Shown: in pieces, positions 56,056 through 64,000 of the stretch | Layout: every line of letters starts with the position of its first letter | Numbering within the stretch: the first letter of the stretch is position 1 | NCBI GenBank assembly: GCA_951406725.2 | Contig: OX597817.1 | Span: 142,910,001 to 142,974,000 of the forward strand | Origin: Octopus vulgaris | Taxonomy: Eukaryota | Direction of reading: 5' to 3' | DNA length: 64,000 nt | Position numbers and translations under genes: made by a program | The notes under the pieces: generated by a model | Told to the model about the DNA's origin: nothing | What the model saw: the letters and a program-made list of their open reading frames with translations, nothing else | Databases searched by the model: none

Positions 56056-57087
56056 ATTTTCTCGTTCTATTGATAAATTAAGTCAAGGATATTTATTTCC
56101 AATTTTTTTATTTACATTATTTACAATTTATCCCTTTTGCTTACAACTTACCCAGCTTGTATTGCCTATTATCCTTCTTTTCTTCTCTCTCTCTCCCTCT
56201 CTGTCCCCGTCTCTCAGTCATCTCTCTCCCTCTCTCCCTCCATTTATCGATTTATTTCTCTGTTATTCCCTCCTTTTTATCTATTTTTTAACTTCTCTTC
56301 GTATATTGTTTTATTAACTTCACTATTTATCATTTCAACACCTTTCACCAATACACACACACACTATCTCTCTCTCTCTCTCTCACTCTCTCACTCTCTC
56401 TCTCACCCCCTCTCTCCCTCTCTCTATTTCTCTCTTTTTCCCTCTTATTATTTCTTTCTCTTCAATTTCTCCCTCTCTCCAACCTATATTTCTCTCACCC
56501 CCACCCCCACCCACCGCAGCTTCTTTTATTTATCTTTTATTTCACAATTAATTCTTATACTCACTTTGCGCGAAGCTTCTTCAATATCGAACAATTTATA
56601 AAAGACAAACATCTTCGGAACGAAATTTATAAGCAGCCATTTTATAGATGTCTGACTCATTACCGTTGCCGATTCTTTCTAAAAACTACCAGCCAGCAAG
56701 CTGCACTAAAACTTTGCAACTAGCTATGCAATAACAGCCAATTGCACTAAACTACAACATTAGTCATGTAATAACTAGTTACCAGCAAAATTCTTTGATT
56801 TCCATTCCTAACAAATCATGCGCGCGCATCATCGGGATTGTTCTCTTACTTTTGTTTATATGATTTGTTTTTCTTTCTTTTTTTTTAATTCTGTGTCTTT
56901 AATTCTGTTTCCCTCGCAGTTACAACTTCTAAAATATAATTATTGTTAAATTAAAGTGGAAATATTACTTGGGGTTTTTTTGGTGGGTGTGGGCTTATAA
57001 CTGTTTACCTCAACACGCTCCTAATAGTATTTTCTTTCCATTTAGATAACGGACAGAGTCAAGACTATTGAAAAGATTGCAAGACGC

Positions 57088-57181
57088 AACGAAAATTTTA
57101 GGAAAATAAAAATAAGAAATAAGTGGAAATTTTACCGGTGAGTGTGTTAAATTATAAAGCACAAAAAGAAAATGACTTTCC
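57088..57181. mobile_element. single arm of the 39303 MITE family
   Basis: AAGTGGAAATTTTACCGGTGAGTGTGTT..ATTATAAAGCACAAAAAGAAAATGACT. Confidence 0.65.
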
Positions 57182-57637
57182 ATTTAAATATTAACTTCAT
57201 TTACGTTTTTATTTATTTTTGTTATTGTTTCCGTTGCTGCCTCGTAGCAAGTTTGTTGAAAGGTGGGCAAATGTTGGAAGAATGGCCAGTGTAAAAGGAC
57301 CAATTCTGAGCCAGTACCTGTGAAAAAAAAAACAGAGAGAAGTGCTCTTGCCCTATTGTTCACAAACCCTTGGCTTTTGTGAGGTTTTCCACGAGGACCT
57401 TAAAGCGCATCCCCTACTGGGAGTTTAATTTATTCCACATTTTTGTTATTACACGCGAAAACCCATTGTATCATCCTGCTTTTGTCTTTTATGTTGTTGC
57501 ATGTCTTCTAATGTTTAATGTGAGACCTTGTGGCCAATAAAAGAATTCATCATTATTATTATCATTATTATTGTTATTATTATTATTAATATTATTGTTA
57601 TTGTTATTATTATTATTATTATTATTATCATTATTAC

Positions 57638-57763
57638 GAACCACATCGTTTCAGGTTTAGTCCCACTGCGTGGCACCTTGGGTGAGTGTTTTCTACTATA
57701 GCCTCGGGCCTACCAAAGCCTTGTGAGTGGATTTGGTAGACAGAAACTGGAAGAAGCCCGTCG

Positions 57764-57841
<78 letters not shown>

Positions 57842-57975
57842 TGTGTCTGTGTTTATCACCCGATAGAATAAGTACTAGGCTTACAAAGAATAAGTCCTGG
57901 AGTCGATTTGCTTGACTAAAAACGTTGCTCCAGCATGTCCACAGTCACATGACTGAAACAAGTAAAAGAGTAAAG
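57638..57975 (+). mobile_element. SINE family B copy between (ATT)n tracts
   Basis: GTCCCACTGCGTGGCACCTTGGG..GCTCCAGCATG..CAGTCACATGACTGAAACAAGTAAAAG. Confidence 0.8.
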
Positions 57976-57987
57976 AAAGAAAAAGAG

Positions 57988-58038
<51 letters not shown>

Positions 58039-58081
58039 CCGTCTATAACAGTGCAACTCGAAGTAGATAAAGCTATAAATA

Positions 58082-58290
58082 ATGGCTTCAAATTTTGGTA
58101 CAAGGCCAGCAATTTTGGGGGAGGGATAAGCCGATGAGATCGGCCTAATACATAACTGGTAGTTATTTTATCGTTCTCCCGAAAGAATAAAAGGTAAAGT
58201 TGATTTGAGTAAATCAGAACGTAAGGGCGGACGAAATGCCGCTAAGCATTTTAAACGGCGTGATAACGATTCTACCGGTTCGCCGCCTTT
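58082..58290 (-). mobile_element. SINE family A, diverged
   Basis: GACGAAATGCCGCTAAGCATTT..GTTCGCCGCC head (reverse complement); ACAAGGCCAGCAATTTTGGGGGAGGG tail. Confidence 0.7.
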
Positions 58291-58319
58291 AAAGCTGTAA
58301 ATGATAATGTGTAAGGTAC

Positions 58320-58555
58320 GCGGACCGGCTCACGATCGTAAGGCTGTGAGTTCAATTCCCGTCGGAGTGTTGTGTTCTTGAGCAAGACACTTTATCTCAC
58401 CTTGTTCCACTTCATTTAACTGGCAAAAATGAGGTGTGCTTGTGTTTTCAAAGGGCTATCCTTGTCACATTCCGTGCCACGCTGAATCGCTCTGAGTACT
58501 ACGTTAAGGATACGCATGTCTGCGGAGTACTCAGTCACTTGCAAGTTAGTTTTAT
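58320..58555 (+). mobile_element. SINE family C variant
   Basis: GAGTTCAATTCCC B-box, CTTGAGCAAGACACTTT CORE-like segment, CTTGTCACA..CACGCTGAATC shared with 29940-29975. Confidence 0.65.
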
Positions 58556-58790
58556 ATGCAGGCTGTACGTTGGGCTAAATGCTTACTGATATTTCCAGGT
58601 TCTTTACCATTTCCTGCTCAAATCTTACCGAGATCCTCTTTGCTCTTCATTCTTTCAGGGCTCAGTAAAAAAAAGTATTTGTCGAGCACACTACCTCCCC
58701 TAAAACTGCTGGTCTTGTGCCAAAATGTTAAGCCATAATGATTATTTTTATGACCATCATCAATTGGTTTTCAATATTTTTAGGCGTTTA

Positions 58791-59615
58791 AGGCGGCGAG
58801 CTGGCAGAAACGTTAACAAGCCGGGCATTTCGGTATTTCGTCTGCCGTGACGTTCTGAGTTCAAATTTTGCCGATGTCGACTTTGCCTTTCATCCTTTCA
58901 GGGTTGATAAATTAAGTACCAGTTTAGCACTGGGGTAGATGTAATCGATTTAATCCATTTGTCTATCCTTGTTTGTCCTCTCTGTGTTTAGCCTCCCATT
59001 GGGCAATAAAGAAATAAATATTTTCACATGGCAGAATTGTTAGCACGCTGGACGAAATGGTTAGCAGTATTTCGTCTGCAGTTACGTTCTGAGTTCAAAT
59101 TCCGCCTAGGTCGACTTTGCCTTTCATCCTTTCGGGGTCGATTAAATAAGTACCAGTTACGCACTGGGGTCGATTAAATAAGTACCAGTTACACACTGGG
59201 GTCGATATAATCGACTTAATCAGTTTGTCTGTCCTTGTTTGTCCTCTCTCTGTTTAGCCCCTTGTGGGTAGTAAAGAAATAGGTATTTCGTCTGCCGCCT
59301 CGTTCTAAGTTCAAATTCCGCCGAGGTCGACTTTGCCTTTCATCCTTTCGGGGTCGATTAAATATGTACCAGTTACGCACTGGGGTCGATATAATCGACT
59401 TAATCCTTTTGTCTGTCCTTGTTTGTCCTGTCTGTGTTTAGTCTCGTGTGGGTAGTAAAGAAATGGGTATTTCGTCTGTCTTTACGTTCTGAGGTCGACT
59501 TTACCCTTTATCCTTTCGGGCTCGATAAATTAAGTACCAGTTGCTCACTGAGGTCGATATAATCGACTGGCCCCCCTCCCCAACAATTTCGGTCTTTGTG
59601 CCTAGAGCAGAAAAT
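58791..59615 (+). mobile_element. SINE family A multimer (tail-1 units followed by a tail-2 unit)
   Basis: Junctions GTAAAGAAATA|GGTATTTCG (about 59281) and GTAAAGAAATG|GGTATTTCG (about 59465); last unit ends CCCCCTCCCAACAATTTCGGTCTTTGTGCCTAGAG. Confidence 0.85.
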
Positions 59616-60108
59616 AATATTTTCACGTGTTTGTGTGCATTTCATTGTGGAAATACAGAAATGTGTTTATATGTCGCATCAATTATGCTTCGTTGCAGAA
59701 TTCGTCTTGTTTCTGGTATTATTTTATTGTTTCGTTCTGTTTGTTGTGTAGAGTGATGTGCTAAATGAGCTGTGACATTTTAATCGGTCGGTGTTTGTGC
59801 TTTCAGTGTGTTGTGTGTTTGGTGTGGTATAATATCACATCATATTTGTTTACAATGTGCGTTCTGCTGTGTTGCTTGTTAGCAAATGAGCAGAATCTGT
59901 GCCGTGGGGTTTGAGTTATTATATTTGTGTTTGTATAAGATATATGGTGCACATAGATTTGTATAGGATATATGGTGCACATAGGTAGTATTCTGTTCGG
60001 GTTGGGTTAGTGAATTGAAATAGTCACGGGTTACATCTACAATGTACTAAGAAAAATCTACCTTCCCGAGAGTTTGCATCTCCAGGCTGGAACCCCTTAT
60101 CTTGTCCG

Positions 60109-60310
60109 TGGAGGCGCGTAGCTTAGTATTGGACTCATGATTGTGATTTCGATTCCCGGGCCGGCGACGCGTTGTGTTCTTGAGCAAAACACTTCATTTC
60201 ATGTTGCTTCAGTTTACTCAGCTGTTAAAAGTGAACAATCCTGCGACAGACCGGCGTCCTGTTCAGGTGGGGACTAAATACGCCATGGAAACCGGGAAAC
60301 CGGCCCTTAG
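60109..60310 (+). mobile_element. SINE family C variant with V-domain-like segment
   Basis: GGAGGCGCGTAGCTTAGT head, TTCGATTCCC, CCTGCGACAGACCGGCGTCCTGTTCAGG..GGAAACCGG. Confidence 0.65.
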
Positions 60311-60329
60311 GCTTCTCTGAGCTTCTACG

Positions 60330-60560
60330 CACCAAAGCCATCAAACCAACCAGTTGACTTGGTAGAAGCCCAGAAGATTATTCATTGTCTTTCCATTAAC
60401 AATTATGGTCCTCTTTCTCCCTACCATCTGTGGAAATATTCATAAAATCATCACCCACAGCTTCCCAAAACACTTTTTTCACGCTCAAAATTGCTCAAAC
60501 GTGGAATAAATTAGTAATGTCAGTTGTTAACTGTCAGGACACTGCGTCCTCAAAACATTC
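60330..60560 (+). pseudogene. degraded CR1 LINE 3' fragment
   Basis: ..FFTLKIAQTWNKLVMSVVNC resembles the CR1 C-terminal FFxxRVxxxWNxLP motif. Confidence 0.5.
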
Positions 60561-61814
60561 TCTTCTGACATTATTATTGGCATAGTTTTCCTTTGCGTAA
60601 ACCTCTCCTACGTATTTCAATTTGTTCCAGAATGTTTGAGTCAAAGCCTTTGGCGTATACTGTGTTTAGAACTTGCTTATGCTAATTTGTCCACTTCCCG
60701 CCAAAATGGCGACATTTTGACAATAGACACAGTTGTTCAGTCTTTAGGGACGCGAGCTAGCAGAACCGTGAACAAACCGAACAAAATACCTTGTGGCATT
60801 TTGTCCGTCTTTTCGGGGCGAGGGCACAAATTCCGCAGAGGCAGACTTTGCCTTTCATCCTTTTCGGGATCGATAAAAAAGTACCAGTTGAGCAATTAGC
60901 GATAGGCAATTAGGACTACCTCCATATAAGAAGGGGACATAGTGTCAACTATCTGGAATTATCCAAAGTTGGTATGATATTAAGGAAAAGGAGAAGCTTA
61001 TTGTCAGGAAATAAGAGGATAGGCACGAACATGCCTTTCTGCCTCAATATGCGTCATTAGCATGATAATTGTCCAGCCTTATCTCCAAGGAAACAAGGGG
61101 TTTAAACTTATACTTAAAGGGCTTAAACTTATACAACTCAATGGACTTAGGCAAATGTGTATAAGTACCCTGAGTTTTATAAGTTCTACACAAAATACTC
61201 ATGGAAAGATACTTTGGACTGCACTAGTCTGTTGGGGGTCACACAATGCCTGAATAAAATTACCAGCCATCGCTCGAATATTTTTGTACAAGATTCAGCT
61301 GCACCAGCACAAATGTAGGTCTGAAAACAACAATAATCGTTAGAATAATAAACAAATTCGGCGGAAACAGAAAATCAACGTGTATTTCCTGTTTCAAATG
61401 ACGCTAAAGTTCTAAGACTTCATGTCCTCTTTAAAAATCAATTTTTATTTAGAAAATATATTTTGAGAAGAAAATCTTTTCTACAATAGACATTTGTTCA
61501 GTCTAGCATATACTGTAAACAGAAAGCCAGGTAGATAAATAAATAGTCGAGAAGAAATGGAAAATATATAACAAAAGATACTTTTTGTCGATTTTTTTTT
61601 TTGGGCTTTTTCATTTTAAGAAAGGAAATAGTCGAAATAGCCAATTGTGTAAGACATATTTAAATAAAACTTATTGAAAATATTAAAGTGAAATTTGATA
61701 GACGGAAATTGTTCAGAAGCTCTTAATGCAAATACGTGTCCGTATGTTTGCTTGAATATAAGTGTGCATGTGTATGTGTGCGGAAATGTATGCATGTGTG
61801 AATGAATATATATA

Positions 61815-61850
<36 letters not shown>

Positions 61851-62039
61851 TGTATGTATGTATGTATGTATGCATGTATGTATGCATGTATGTATGTATG
61901 TATGTATGCGTGCGTGTATATATATATATATATACGCACACACATACTCACATATATATGCATATATATATATATATATGTATATGTATATACATATATA
62001 TATATGTATGTATATGTAATATATATATATATATTACAT

Positions 62040-62149
<110 letters not shown>

Positions 62150-62548
62150 ACGTGGGAATGTGGGTGAAGAAACGTTAGTAGCACCAAAACAGTTGTATTT
62201 AATTCATAATGGGTTGATTCAAATAAACAGTGCTTAAGGTTTCTAACGCGCAGAACACCTCCACCGCATCAAATGTACTGAGAAGAGAGGAGAGGATTTA
62301 AAATAAATTCAAAAATTCAAAATGGCTTCTTAATATGAGTATTTAAGTTTGTATTGATTAGTTAAGAAACTAGTGGGATCAGTTCTTTTGTTGCACAGCA
62401 GCTCAGATGCTGGAATCCTGGCAGCTGATAGGAAGTTGAATCCAATTCTTATTAGATATACAAACGTACAAGAATTTTCGCTCTGATTCAGAAAAAACCG
62501 TTGGTTTCCGAAATGTTTAATTAGTAAGTTTTATCAATATATGTTTTA

Positions 62549-62593
<45 letters not shown>

Positions 62594-62610
62594 AGTATAT
62601 ATACATACAT

Positions 62611-62655
<45 letters not shown>

Positions 62656-62827
62656 CATACATGTATGTATACTTGAATACATATACACATGTGCTTATAT
62701 ACTTATACCTACATACAGATACACACACATATACATATTAAAACATATATTAATAAAATCTATTAATTAAATGTTTTGAAAATAATTGTATACATGAAAA
62801 TATAATTCTGTGTAAATATGTATATAT

Positions 62828-64000
62828 AAATCCTTAAATCCTTAAAAATGTTTTAGCCCGAAGGCCGCGGCCATGCTGGGGCACCACCGCTGAATGAGCT
62901 ACACTAGTTTGTGAATCCACCTCTGATACGTGGCACTTGATCAACAAGGGAGTTCGATGCTGCTGCCCGCATCCGTGTCTCCTGTCGTGAGGTAGGTTCA
63001 TCTGGGACTCCCAACAAGAAGAGATCCAGTTTAGTTTTAAAGAAACCCACATCCACACCATGTAAGTCTCTCAGGCATTTAGGGAGGATGTTAAAGAGCT
63101 GTGGTCCTCTGAAACCCAAGCTGTTGCAGTATCTGGACCTGTATTTTGATGGTGATGTTGGAATCCTTGGCACCACGCAGCGGCGCCCGTTCTGCGGTTG
63201 GAGTAACTTTGAATGCCAAAGTTTGGGACAAGACCCTCCAGGATTTTCCAGATGTATATCACTGCATATCTCTCCCGCCTCCGCTCCAGGGAGAAGAGGT
63301 TTAATACCTTCAGTCTTTCCCAGTAGCTGACATTTTGCATTGAGACGATTTTCTTTGTGTAGCTTCTCTGAGTTGCTTCGAGTTCTGCTGTTTGTTTTAT
63401 ATTGTGTGGTGACCAAAGTTGGGAGCAGTAGTCCAAGCGGCTGAGGACAAATGTTTTCCATAGGACCATCAGTGTCTCCTTCTCTCTTGTTCTGAAAGTT
63501 CGGAGAATCCATCCAGCTAGCCGTCTGCATTTTATCACCAGATTTGCAATATGCATTTGGAAAGATGCATCATTGCTCATGTCAATGCCCAGGTCACGCA
63601 CTGATTTTGACTCAGGGATTGCAATTCTTCCTGGGCCAGTGTATCCAGTCTTCACGTCATTTACCTTTGTGTGCCAGTAGCGCAGGGCCTGGAACTTACC
63701 TGCATTAAACTGCATGTTGTTGTCCTCAGCCCACCTGTATATTGTGTCCAGCTCATGTTGCAGATGCGCAATATTTTCAGGGTTTTGTATTGCGTGGGAG
63801 ACTTTTGTGTCATCTGCATAGCTAGCAAGGGTGGTCATCGTAGCAACTGAAGGCATGTCTGAAAGGGCCACTATGAACATCAGTGGCCCCAAGACAGTGC
63901 CCTGTGGGACACCGCTTGTTATTTGCGTTTCCCTGGAGGTGGCTCCATTGCTCACAACTGCCTGTTTTCTGTCTTTTAGGAAGTTGTGCAGCCACTCTCC
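62828..64000 (-). mobile_element. CR1/L2-group LINE: RT domain to 3' end, continuing beyond the window
   Basis: SGVPQGTVLGPLMF, YADDTKV, VRDLG, SRLDYCSQLWSP, YWERL..LFSLERRRERY; one frameshift near 63187; stop at 62904; short UTR and (AAGGATTT)2 tail. Confidence 0.9.

Noticed and set aside
58791-59615. SINE A tandem units as a CRISPR array or hammerhead retrozyme
   Set aside because: Units are about 180-220 bp with no unique spacers, and I found no CTGANGA..GAAA hammerhead core on either strand.
62150-62520. Possible further Penelope-like pLTR or hammerhead
   Set aside because: Core nucleotides and stems are too degenerate to support a call.

Overview
AT-rich, extremely microsatellite-dense eukaryotic non-coding DNA. 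The repeat landscape ((TA)n, (TACA)n, (TAGA)n, (TAA)n tracts plus three abundant tRNA-derived SINE families) resembles a coleoid cephalopod, most likely Octopus; this is an inference. I can support no host gene, and almost all listed ORFs are microsatellite translations. The only intact CDS is a DD34E Tc1 transposase (30934-31950) inside a full-length IR/DR element (30592-32218). The rest is retro- and DNA-transposon debris: CR1/L2-group RT, L1/Tx1-like, RTE, HERO-like and Penelope-like (GIY-YIG) fragments, mariner/rosa-type MITEs, and Helitron/HINE-like elements. Four observations stand out. (1) One SINE subfamily shares its 3' tail with the Tx1-like LINE and forms head-to-tail multimers with fixed junctions, as if it inserts site-specifically into the head of its own family. 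(2) A second SINE shares its 3' stem-loop with the CR1-group LINE. (3) There are several minimal type I hammerhead ribozyme motifs in Penelope-like repeats, including a recurrent non-canonical core. (4) Fold-back (hairpin) ends recur on unrelated retro-insertions sitting in microsatellites. SINE and degraded-element boundaries are approximate (about +/-10-20 bp); family labels A-D are mine.
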